64,000 nt of DNA from a virus (Duplodnaviria > Caudoviricetes): the IMG/VR virus record IMGVR_UViG_3300032132_000748. The stretch is one strand, 5' to 3'. The notes under the pieces were generated by a model, which was not told the DNA's origin, made no database searches, and saw only the letters and a program-made list of their open reading frames with translations. The first letter of the stretch is position 1, and every line of letters begins with the position of its first letter. Positions 1 through 8,820 of the stretch are shown piece after piece. The translations under genes and the position numbers were made by a program.

Positions 1-1
1 T

Positions 2-1732
2 TGCCAAACTCCTCAAGTTCTTAATAAAATTGGATACATCTATGTTAGAGATATATTTGTACAAAAAAGCTACTACCCCTATCTGTTCGGCTATAATTTT
101 TGGTTTGGAGAAAAAGTAACCGATGTTCTCGGACCAAACCGTAATAAATTTCTGGCTGAGGGGCGAGAATTAACCCGAGAATGGTCGCAATTCTTGCATC
201 ATCAATCTTTTATCAAAGAGATGATCAAGCGATTCAAGGATTATAAGGAGGTAGGTAGATCGGAAGATGGCAGACCTTTTGAATACAAACTATTAGCGGA
301 TGCTATGGAGGAACTCAGAGGCCCCACTTATGAAGATGAGCTTGAGCACGATGCAATTAAAATAACAGCTTGGATTGATGAAGCCATTAGAGAAGTTTTC
401 CCCATCAAAGAAGACTATTCCTGGTCATCAAATTTTGATGAAGCAAAAATACTTAAACATTTAGACGTTTTTGATTTAGAGCCATACTTACCGGATATAT
501 CGGAAATACTAAGCATGGCCAACTTTTGCAAACCTGTTGATTCTTGGCATAAATTACGTGATCTAGAAAAAGTTAATGAAATAACTACTACCCAGCTTGA
601 AGAGGCTATTACAAGAGCTGGCAACGAGAGGATGAAGTATATTTATTCATATGATGAAGAGGGTAACTACTTACCGGATATATCAGAAGAAGAAGACGCT
701 ATAAGAGTAAAAAAGCTAGGAGTCAAATGGCTTGCTGAAGATAGAAAAATTATAGCAGCGTATGAAGAATTACATAATCTTCTAGATAACTACTCCAGAG
801 ATATGACCGGATATTCTTTTCATTTTTTCCTGAAACCTAACGAAATGGATTCAAAAGAAATTGATAAAGTAGGTGGATTTTGTAGCTACGATACACAATC
901 TGTGTGGGTAAAGTTTAGTAAATTTACTTATACGAATATTACCGACGGTATTTTAGAAACCCTAAACCACGAACTGGCTCATGCGCTTTGTTTTGGAAAA
1001 TTTAACAATACTGAAAATTCAGTGTCAAAAGAAAAACGATACAGTGAGTGGTGCAGCGATCTAACTGATATGTTTGAACGATATCTAGTTAAAGTTGGAC
1101 TTCTAATGGTTAAAAAATGGCCACATCTTTACTCCGAGGTAGATCGATTGGTTAAAATTTTTGATCAGCCTCTCAAGTCACATGATGATGGTTGGAATAT
1201 TTCCCAGATACTTAACAATGAAGAAGAAGACACTCTCTCCGAGAGGAATCAAGAAGATGATACACCTAGCGAAGAGTATTTTAAATTAATAGAAATGATC
1301 AGCGGTTTAGATACTAATTGGATGCAAGGCTGTGTTAAATATCCCCAATTAGTAGATAAAAAAGATAGCTACCGATACAATGATTGTTGGAAGCCTCACA
1401 AAGAAATTTCCTACCAAGAACTAATAGATACCCAGGCAGAGAAAATAGCAGAAGAATACGCACCAGCAGTAGCCACGTATTTCGGATATTTGGGAGATAT
1501 AGAAATATCGCCAGATGAGATTGATAGAGATGAATTAGCGGAAGCTTTTATAAACCTAAGAGACTTCAAACAACAGATAGATGGAAATTTACTAGTTTGG
1601 AAGATAGGAAGAGCTATTATAGGAGATAGCTGGTATCACTCACACTATTTCTATTCAGCCAAAGGTTCTTGGGATACTGAGCTGGCTAAGAAAAGGGCCA
1701 CTAGAGCGATTACTGCCTGGGCAAGTCAATAA
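2..1732 (+). CDS. 5'-truncated large protein with a zincin-like metallopeptidase domain
   Basis: Frame is open from nt 2 through the track's TTG at 194, so the true start lies outside the window; HExxH motif ETLNHELAHALC preceded by a GGFC strand. Confidence 0.7.
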   Translation, partial: CQTPQVLNKIGYIYVRDIFVQKSYYPYLFGYNFWFGEKVTDVLGPNRNKFLAEGRELTREWSQFLHHQSFIKEMIKRFKDYKEVGRSEDGRPFEYKLLADAMEELRGPTYEDELEHDAIKITAWIDEAIREVFPIKEDYSWSSNFDEAKILKHLDVFDLEPYLPDISEILSMANFCKPVDSWHKLRDLEKVNEITTTQLEEAITRAGNERMKYIYSYDEEGNYLPDISEEEDAIRVKKLGVKWLAEDRKIIAAYEELHNLLDNYSRDMTGYSFHFFLKPNEMDSKEIDKVGGFCSYDTQSVWVKFSKFTYTNITDGILETLNHELAHALCFGKFNNTENSVSKEKRYSEWCSDLTDMFERYLVKVGLLMVKKWPHLYSEVDRLVKIFDQPLKSHDDGWNISQILNNEEEDTLSERNQEDDTPSEEYFKLIEMISGLDTNWMQGCVKYPQLVDKKDSYRYNDCWKPHKEISYQELIDTQAEKIAEEYAPAVATYFGYLGDIEISPDEIDRDELAEAFINLRDFKQQIDGNLLVWKIGRAIIGDSWYHSHYFYSAKGSWDTELAKKRATRAITAWASQ

Positions 1733-2671
1733 ATGGATAGAAGATTAACAGAACTGCGAAGACGGGCTAGATCCGGTGATGTCAGCGCACAACTATCTTA
1801 TTGGATCCATCAAATCCGTGCGGGACTGACATCTTCTACATACTTAGATATGTTAGCAATGATCGGAGATCCTCTTGCTACCAAAGTATCGAATTACAAA
1901 CTTCCTAGAGGAGTAAGTTATATCAATGGCGCGGTAAAATTACTACAGGACCCGAAAGCACCAAAAAAAGCCTTATATGACTTTTACATACACATTCTAG
2001 AATATACACTACACCAGTGGGAGAAATATCATCCAGATTACAGAAAGTTTAAAGAAACAAATCAGGCTTACATAGATATATTCAAAAGTTTAGGACCTGG
2101 CAGCCCTCCCCGTAGTGAGGATATGAAACTTATAATCAGTTCCATATTTAACACGTTTCACGACAGAGCAGCTACACGTTCTCAATTGTCTGTTCAAGGA
2201 GTAAGCCATCCACCAGAATGTAATACGATGGGTGAGTTAGATTTGATGGAACTAGCTTTTCGCTTCTTGAGACCAATTGAGCAACAAAACGGGCGAATGA
2301 ATTCTCTACTAGAGGAACTAGGCATTGAACCAATTGATAATAATATTAGATGGAGCAAACATATAAAACTTTCTAAACTAGGGGCTTTTATGTCTGAACA
2401 CGGAGGATGGATTGGTTCTCTTAACTTAATCCTACCCCATGATGACGAATACTATGACGCAGGTTGGTGCTCACTAGATTTCCATAGTTTTATGCATCGT
2501 CCTTGGGAATCATATCTAATAGGTATGATCAAGGACTTAAGCTCATCCCAAAGAAGCATTTTCCCTTGGGACTACATAAACAACCACAGCCGCAGTGAAC
2601 TTAAACAAGTAGATAGAGAAATCAAATTTGAAATCATTAGAAGCTTTGCTCTAAGTAAACTAGATAATTGA
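1733..2671 (+). CDS. hypothetical protein with N-terminal DxRLxxLxRxARxGD motif
   Basis: 312-aa ORF abutting the previous stop; N-terminus resembles that of 10077..10667. Confidence 0.75.
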   Translation: MDRRLTELRRRARSGDVSAQLSYWIHQIRAGLTSSTYLDMLAMIGDPLATKVSNYKLPRGVSYINGAVKLLQDPKAPKKALYDFYIHILEYTLHQWEKYHPDYRKFKETNQAYIDIFKSLGPGSPPRSEDMKLIISSIFNTFHDRAATRSQLSVQGVSHPPECNTMGELDLMELAFRFLRPIEQQNGRMNSLLEELGIEPIDNNIRWSKHIKLSKLGAFMSEHGGWIGSLNLILPHDDEYYDAGWCSLDFHSFMHRPWESYLIGMIKDLSSSQRSIFPWDYINNHSRSELKQVDREIKFEIIRSFALSKLDN

Positions 2672-2694
2672 TATAATAAATCCCGGAGATACAT

Positions 2695-3384
2695 ATGCCC
2701 TTAACCGCTAGTGAACACCAAAAAATTGCAGCTCTACAGCAAATAGCTAATCTAGTTGGGCAAGCACAGAGTGTTGCAGGTAATCCCAACGTTTTAAATA
2801 ACGTAATAAATAATACACTTCCTCTTATTTCTCAATGGGAGAGAAGCGATCCTGAGTTTCAAGAATTAGCAATTCAATTACGGCGTGCTCGGGTTGATAA
2901 AGCTCCACATAACCTAATGAACATAGCTGGGCAAGCTCAGCGAATGATCGCTATGGTTCGTGGCGTCTCTCCTGTGCGTCGCGATTGGGAGGGTGACCCG
3001 GTTGTATGGGATCCTATTCGTGGCAGCGTGAGTAGCCCTATATTCGACCCTAACGAACCAATCACACCTAACACTCACATGGGCTGGCGCGGGTCACAAA
3101 AACATCCCTGGGGTAAGGCTTTCCCTACTAAAAATATGATTGAAGGTCTTGGCGACTATAACGGAGTTATTGGAACTGCCGGAAGTTTGTTCGGAACTCT
3201 TTTCAAAGTAATTGCCCTCTGTTCTGGTTCTGTATTAGCTATTCACGGTTATGAGCGAAATAATCGCTCTCTACCTATGGGTGTTGTTTGGGGTGTCCTA
3301 GGTGGCGCTGCCTGGCCCGTAGGGCTTTTCCTGATGTATCAGCAAGGTTTTGCCGGTAATACTCCAGATTTGTCCATGGCATAG
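2695..3384 (+). CDS. membrane protein, possibly virion-associated
   Basis: GGAG RBS; two C-terminal hydrophobic helices flanking HGYERN. Confidence 0.65.
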   Translation: MPLTASEHQKIAALQQIANLVGQAQSVAGNPNVLNNVINNTLPLISQWERSDPEFQELAIQLRRARVDKAPHNLMNIAGQAQRMIAMVRGVSPVRRDWEGDPVVWDPIRGSVSSPIFDPNEPITPNTHMGWRGSQKHPWGKAFPTKNMIEGLGDYNGVIGTAGSLFGTLFKVIALCSGSVLAIHGYERNNRSLPMGVVWGVLGGAAWPVGLFLMYQQGFAGNTPDLSMA

Positions 3385-3416
3385 ACTACGTAGTTTCAAT
3401 TGCTTATCATCCGAGA

Positions 3417-3887
3417 ATGAATATTCAAATATCTATAGATGCCGCCAGAGCAAATTTTCTTCTAATTACCAAACACTTAGAAGATATTCCCAAAGCAAAA
3501 CAAGGCCAAGTTTTGGAATACTTATCTTTCGGCCTTAAACAACTAGATCATTTAGAAGAGCTTGTTGGATCAAAACCACGAATGGTTAGAGAAAATTTAC
3601 CTTCTAATGAAGAAGTTATGGGTCAGATATGGAATGACATGAATACCACATCCATGTCTGATTATAAAATCATGCTAATGAGGCTTGAACCACATATGAT
3701 GGCGGGTAACAAAATAAATGGTTATCTTGATACACACCATCTTCCTACAACTATTCCAGATATTATAGAGAAGACCGGTATGAAATATGGTGGTGGGAAG
3801 TATCAACTTCGTATTGTTGATGATTCTGGAAAATACGTCAAATCAAAAACTTTTGAAATCTCAGGACTTCCCAAGCTCCCCGAATAA
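3417..3887 (+). CDS. hypothetical protein
   Basis: 156-aa ORF; TAGACT-17nt-TATCAT promoter ending 6 nt before ATG. Confidence 0.7.
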   Translation: MNIQISIDAARANFLLITKHLEDIPKAKQGQVLEYLSFGLKQLDHLEELVGSKPRMVRENLPSNEEVMGQIWNDMNTTSMSDYKIMLMRLEPHMMAGNKINGYLDTHHLPTTIPDIIEKTGMKYGGGKYQLRIVDDSGKYVKSKTFEISGLPKLPE

Positions 3888-4037
3888 TTTAGGGAGTTCT
3901 TCAAAGGTACAACCTCGACAGCCTTTGCCTGCAGAACAATGTTCCTGAAGCTCTTCGAGGGTGGTCAGGGATTTATCTAAAATTATCTGGATAATTTCTT
4001 CTGACGTAACTTGAAAACAATGACAAATGTAGTCCAT
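3861..4037 (-). CDS. BFD-like [2Fe-2S]-binding protein (58 aa, not in ORF track)
   Basis: Manual translation MDYICHCFQVTSEEIIQIILDKSLTTLEELQEHCSAGKGCRGCTFEELPKLFGELGKS: CxC...AGxGCxxC pattern; starts just after the iscS stop. Confidence 0.85.
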   Translation of the reverse strand: MDYICHCFQVTSEEIIQIILDKSLTTLEELQEHCSAGKGCRGCTFEELPKLFGELGKS

Positions 4038-4044
4038 GATGATC

Positions 4045-5160
4045 CTATAGTGTTTTTACCGCGGATATAATTCTTTGCGTAGCTAATAAAATATCATTAG
4101 GCTTGGTAAATCTTCCAGCAGAAATTCTCAAAGTATTTCTAGCGTAGCTTGCAGGCAAACCCATACTCAGCAAAACCTTTGAAGGCGTAGCAGAAGCACA
4201 TCCGCATGCAGAAGCTGTCGAAGCAGCCACTCCCCGTAGATTTCTAATAACTAGTTTTTCATATGGAAATGAAATATTACTTATAACACCGTTCCTTGGA
4301 GCGTCCGACCCATTGATAATTACTTTGGGAATTTTTTTGAGCTGATCTTCCATATGTTTCATTGCTTTACTGATTGGGTTGATCCAAGAAGTATCTTTTA
4401 CGGCAATTTCTAATGCGCGAGCAAAAGCAACTATTAAGGGAACAGCCGTTGTGCCGGAACGGATACCAAATTCCTGACCGCCACCCACTAAAAGCGGACT
4501 TACCTTAAGATCAGGACGAATCCACAAACAACCCACACCTTTTGGCGCGTTAAACTTATGGCCACTAAATGAAGCCATATCTACATATTTTAAAACGTTC
4601 AAAGGTATCTTACCTACCGCTTGAACAGCATCAGTATGTAATAACATGTTATAGCGAGTAGCTATATCCGATATTTTCTTTAATGGCTGAACTACCCCCG
4701 TTTCGTTGTTAACTAACATCACACTAATTAAACTAGCATTTGAATGTCTTGCTAGAGATTCCAGATGATCTACATCAATTAAACCATTTGGAAGAGTTTT
4801 GATTTTTAAAACTTTAATACCCCTATTAAGAATAAATTTTGTAGATTCCTCGATACAAGCGTGTTCGATGGAGCTAACTATGAGAGCACAGTCTTGCTTC
4901 TGCAAGCAGCTTATACCTCGTAGCGCAAGGTTATTAGCCTCTGTCGCACCACTGGTGAAGATGATCCCCTTCGGGGAAAGCCCTAGTAAATCACCTACTC
5001 GTTGTCGAGCAGTCTCAAGAGCTTGTTTCGAAGCTCTTCCATAAGAATGTGTTGTGTTACTGCAATTACCCCAGAATTTCTGTTCGGCAGCCATGTAAAT
5101 TTTCAAGACTTCCGGATGAAGAGGGGTTGCCGCAGCATTATCTAGATATATCTCATCCAT
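4045..5160 (-). CDS. iscS: cysteine desulfurase (IscS/NifS type, PLP-dependent)
   Basis: IYLDNAAATP, FTSGATEANN, HTDAVQAVGK, SGHK (PLP Lys), RSGT, SAC catalytic Cys. Confidence 0.95.
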   Translation of the reverse strand: MDEIYLDNAAATPLHPEVLKIYMAAEQKFWGNCSNTTHSYGRASKQALETARQRVGDLLGLSPKGIIFTSGATEANNLALRGISCLQKQDCALIVSSIEHACIEESTKFILNRGIKVLKIKTLPNGLIDVDHLESLARHSNASLISVMLVNNETGVVQPLKKISDIATRYNMLLHTDAVQAVGKIPLNVLKYVDMASFSGHKFNAPKGVGCLWIRPDLKVSPLLVGGGQEFGIRSGTTAVPLIVAFARALEIAVKDTSWINPISKAMKHMEDQLKKIPKVIINGSDAPRNGVISNISFPYEKLVIRNLRGVAASTASACGCASATPSKVLLSMGLPASYARNTLRISAGRFTKPNDILLATQRIISAVKTL

Positions 5161-5203
5161 AACTATATAATATCATCTTTTACGAACTTGCTATAATAGT
5201 ATC
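5161..5203. promoter_or_regulatory. back-to-back extended -10 promoters for leaderless transcripts
   Basis: TGcTATAAT-6nt-GTG on + (5204) and TGaTATTAT-6nt-ATG on - (5160). Confidence 0.7.
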
Positions 5204-6907
5204 GTGTATGTAGACATTCCCGAAGAGCTAACTTCAGAGTCTTTAGATGATTGGAGTGATGAGGTCAAAGCAGAATTAGATTTATGGATCTTCTCTTTGA
5301 CACTGCATCGAAATGGAGATATTAAATTAGATTCCATAATAGTTAAACCAGATGAGTTGAAACAAGGGAAAGGCACTAAAGCGATGAACCAGCTCATCGA
5401 ATTAGCTGATAGACATCAAAGAAAACTCTGGTTGTCTCCAGGAAAAAAGGACCCTTATCACAAAACAACAAGTCGAGCCAGGCTAGTTAGGTTTTACAAA
5501 AGGTTCGGATTTATAGAGAATAAAGGGAGAAATTTTGGAGGTCATGGAGCTATGTTTAGAAAACCCCATGGAAGAAGAAATCCAGTAGCTCCTTTACCTT
5601 CTGGATTTCAAGATTCTATAGCACTAATGACTTTGAAAGAATTCCTTGATTACAGAAACCCTCGGGGTAAGTGGCATGATGAGGAATCTTACAATTTCGA
5701 CTTAGAAGATATGAATAGAAACTACAAGATTCAACATCTTGAAGACTATAGAACACGTGAAGTAATATTTAGGACTTACCGGAACGGCGATAGTTATCTT
5801 ATCTACTCTGCTGTTGATAGCAGAGATAGATTTAAACTTGTAGCTATTATATATGAAAATACACTTTATTATGAAAAACCTTCTCTTGTTTGGCGACTAC
5901 CAGGTGGTTATCGAGATTCTAATGACTCTTGGGTATCATTCAACATTTCTGAAAAGAAACGAATAAAGTATCTAGATGAGATGTTAGAACTAATTAACAA
6001 TATCAAGCAGGAAAATCTTGATAGGTACCCTTACCTACACCAAAGAATAAGATTACAGGGAGAGTCTTTTCAGATTAGATTTGAAAAACAGCCAGAGCAT
6101 GATGCCGGAACAATTATAGCTGTCCTAAACTCCGAAGGACAAGCAGTAGCTAAAGCCCAACCAGAGTGGGGCGCAACACTAGTAGTAGTAGCTCAGGAAT
6201 ATCGAGGCAGAGGTTTAGGACCCATCATCAGCCAACTCTGGTATGACTGGAATCCAGGCTACCCATCAGGAGGTTTTACTGGCTCGGGACTAAACAACGC
6301 AACAAGAACTTGGGAGAACGCCGTTCGGTTATACCGATCTAAGGGCTGGTATTCAGAGCTGCTCAAACAAGGACATATATCCAAAGAGCGCCTCAAAGAA
6401 ATTTTTGGAAAATTATCTAAAAAGTCCCCACCTAAAAAAAGAATAATTTCCCAGGAAAAGAAGGTATTAATTTACGTTGAACGGGATACAGAACATGGGC
6501 ATCCTGAATGGGGACCAACTTTTGCTATATACGACGAAGCCTTCCTAACTGAGCCAGATGAAAAACATATCTACGGATTTGGTTTCTTCCGAAATAATCG
6601 CGCTGGAACATATCTCTTTGCGATCGATTACGAAAGAGAGTTCGACAAAATCACTACGTATGTCGCTCTCCAGATAGCGAGAAACAATAATGAGAAAATA
6701 TATGCCGGAAATGATTACGGAGCAGATATATTAGAGCTCTCCAATTTAAATCACGTTCAAGTTGAGGAAGATTATGCATATCTTACAGAAGATGTTCTGA
6801 ACTTAGAACTATTTCGGAATGTAGAACGTAGGCTAAGAAATCTGAAGGATCCTCTGGGAGAAAAATACCATTTATTGCTAGAGATGGCTCATACCAAATG
6901 GTTGTAA
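5204..6907 (+). CDS. multidomain protein with two GNAT-like acetyltransferase domains
   Basis: KQGKGTKAM...RLVRFYKRFGF and VAQEYRGRGLG acetyl-CoA-binding motifs; RRNP after the first domain. Confidence 0.7.
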   Translation: MYVDIPEELTSESLDDWSDEVKAELDLWIFSLTLHRNGDIKLDSIIVKPDELKQGKGTKAMNQLIELADRHQRKLWLSPGKKDPYHKTTSRARLVRFYKRFGFIENKGRNFGGHGAMFRKPHGRRNPVAPLPSGFQDSIALMTLKEFLDYRNPRGKWHDEESYNFDLEDMNRNYKIQHLEDYRTREVIFRTYRNGDSYLIYSAVDSRDRFKLVAIIYENTLYYEKPSLVWRLPGGYRDSNDSWVSFNISEKKRIKYLDEMLELINNIKQENLDRYPYLHQRIRLQGESFQIRFEKQPEHDAGTIIAVLNSEGQAVAKAQPEWGATLVVVAQEYRGRGLGPIISQLWYDWNPGYPSGGFTGSGLNNATRTWENAVRLYRSKGWYSELLKQGHISKERLKEIFGKLSKKSPPKKRIISQEKKVLIYVERDTEHGHPEWGPTFAIYDEAFLTEPDEKHIYGFGFFRNNRAGTYLFAIDYEREFDKITTYVALQIARNNNEKIYAGNDYGADILELSNLNHVQVEEDYAYLTEDVLNLELFRNVERRLRNLKDPLGEKYHLLLEMAHTKWL

Positions 6908-7298
6908 AATCTGTTAAGGGATACTGAAGTTTAATAATATCCACCCGGATATTATTAATACCCTCCTCGCTGACACCAAATATCGAAATTCTGTCTCGGG
7001 ATGCGAGTTTTTATTTAATATGCATATTAAATTAGACAAAACCGAAATTGATTGCAAATAGCCAAATTCTGTTACGGGATGTGAAGGTCTTATAAAAAAA
7101 TTGCCCAGCATTTTTTTAAGACTCCGAATTTACTGTAGACATAGAAATTCTTTCGAATTGATTACAAATATGAAAATCCTATCGCGAGATGGGTGATCTT
7201 ATATTTTATAAGGGATTATAAAATGAAACTGACAACAAATAAGGAAATTCTGTTACAGAATGCCAAAGTTATAAAAAACCGGACCAGTTTATAAACTT
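6906..7298. repeat. array of five degenerate direct repeats, each followed by an AT-rich palindrome or hairpin
   Basis: Cores resembling AATTCTGTTACGGGATG at 6907, 6987, 7065, 7175, 7246; perfect inverted repeats at 6931-6958 and 7013-7032. Confidence 0.8.
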
Positions 7299-8197
7299 CG
7301 CGCCCAACCCTTCTCGATCAAAAATTTTACAGAATCTGTTAGCTCTTTTCGATCAGATATTTTTATCCCCGATAAAATAATATCTTCTTTCAAGATATCA
7401 ATTAATTGACGACCAGTCTCGGAGTCCATCAGTTCTTTCATCATGGATACTTCCAGAGCTTTATGTTCTTCCGCTCTTTGCATAGATAATTTTTTCAAAA
7501 CCATTGGTTGTAATATTTCTGGTAACGCATCAAGAGCAGCCATACTAAAAGGTAATCTTCTTAAATCGGGGCCGCCTTGATCGACAATCCAATCATACAT
7601 TGGATCAGCAACTGCTTCATCTATAATGATCTGTGCTTTAGACTGCTCGCCCATCATCGAATATCCGATACATTCTTTTGGGCTCACAGGGATGTCCGAT
7701 ATTGAAGTAAACATCGTTCCATCCATTATGGTAAATACTTCGTAGGCTGAACCTTTTTTAAAGGTGTATTTGTTGTTAGAAGCACTGATGGCTATGTGGG
7801 GGGAGAATTTTTTCTTAAATGATGAAACACTGCTAACACCAGCTCCATAATGCCCGCTTACAAAACCTGTCATTGATCCACTATGTTCGTGGTATTGAAT
7901 ATTTTCATCAGTTGAGCCGAAGTGCTTAAAAATTTCTTTGGCCATTCCTAAAGCATTCGGAGGTTCTGTTGAACCTCCCGAAACACCGTTTGGAAAAAGT
8001 TTGCGACCTTCGGGAGTTTCAAACTGTTTTGTTCCGAATCCCGACACAAAACCTATTTCAATAGTTCCTGTTGCGTATATTTGATTATCATAAACTCCAA
8101 AATTAGAAGTTATTTCGTTATCGGGCCATCGACCTGCCTTATGTCTGTTGGACATAGAGCTAATTGTTGCACGTCTAGTTAAGTTATAATCTACCAT
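7289..8197 (-). CDS. hypothetical protein
   Basis: 302-aa ORF overlapping the stop of 8191..8751. Confidence 0.7.
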   Translation of the reverse strand: MVDYNLTRRATISSMSNRHKAGRWPDNEITSNFGVYDNQIYATGTIEIGFVSGFGTKQFETPEGRKLFPNGVSGGSTEPPNALGMAKEIFKHFGSTDENIQYHEHSGSMTGFVSGHYGAGVSSVSSFKKKFSPHIAISASNNKYTFKKGSAYEVFTIMDGTMFTSISDIPVSPKECIGYSMMGEQSKAQIIIDEAVADPMYDWIVDQGGPDLRRLPFSMAALDALPEILQPMVLKKLSMQRAEEHKALEVSMMKELMDSETGRQLIDILKEDIILSGIKISDRKELTDSVKFLIEKGWARSL

Positions 8198-8751
8198 TGC
8201 CGGTTACTTTCTAAATAATAATGATTATTTTCTTTTATTGCTCCGGCTCGCTCCCAGGCTTTAGTAGCTCCAGGAGATAGTGACGAAACACTGCTGCTAT
8301 AAATTTCCCCCACTAACTGAGAAATTAATTGTAATATTGCCGGATAAATACCAAATCCATGTAATGAAAGCTGGGCAACTGTAGTGGCCCATCTATCCCT
8401 AAAAAAGGCTCTTCCTGTTCCAAGCCTGTAACCATCTAATGAAATAACCCATAGTAATTTGCTGTAATCTTCATCTGATCTTATGGTCAGCAGTAAATCT
8501 CTGAAGTTAACATTCAAAAGTTCTTCTGGGAGATCCGCTCTATTGCGATATACCCAAGAATTACCTGCTAGGATCTGATTAATAGATAATTTCAGAGAGT
8601 CTAAAAAAATAATTTCAGGAAAGTCTCTAGCTTCTCGTTCCTCTTGATATAAACCATCAGCTCCTGGCCATTTTTTGTCACCAAAAGGTGTGAATTTGTT
8701 CAGCTTATAGTAGTAATGCTTCTCAAAAGTTTTAGGGTTTCGACGCCACAT
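8191..8751 (-). CDS. possible GNAT-like protein with N-terminal RRNP
   Basis: LHGFGIYPAIL...SLSPGATKAWERAG resembles a degenerate GNAT C-terminal half; leaderless-type promoter. Confidence 0.55.
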   Translation of the reverse strand: MWRRNPKTFEKHYYYKLNKFTPFGDKKWPGADGLYQEEREARDFPEIIFLDSLKLSINQILAGNSWVYRNRADLPEELLNVNFRDLLLTIRSDEDYSKLLWVISLDGYRLGTGRAFFRDRWATTVAQLSLHGFGIYPAILQLISQLVGEIYSSSVSSLSPGATKAWERAGAIKENNHYYLESNRQW

Positions 8752-8820
8752 GAGTTTATTTTATCAAGTTATTGAAGATATTGGTTTCCCTTATATCCTT
8801 AGCTAGGAGCAAAAATAATT

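Noticed and set aside
4045-5160. DndA of a phosphorothioation system
   Set aside because: No dndBCDE or ssp genes in the window; the neighbour is a BFD-like protein
6914-7111. 65-aa minus-strand ORF with HPxTEFxYL repeats
   Set aside because: Shadow of the DNA repeat; the equivalent frame in the fourth copy contains a stop and the copies are not in a common frame
6906-7298. CRISPR array interpretation
   Set aside because: Repeats too degenerate, spacing irregular (71-110 nt), palindromes lie in the variable part, no cas operon
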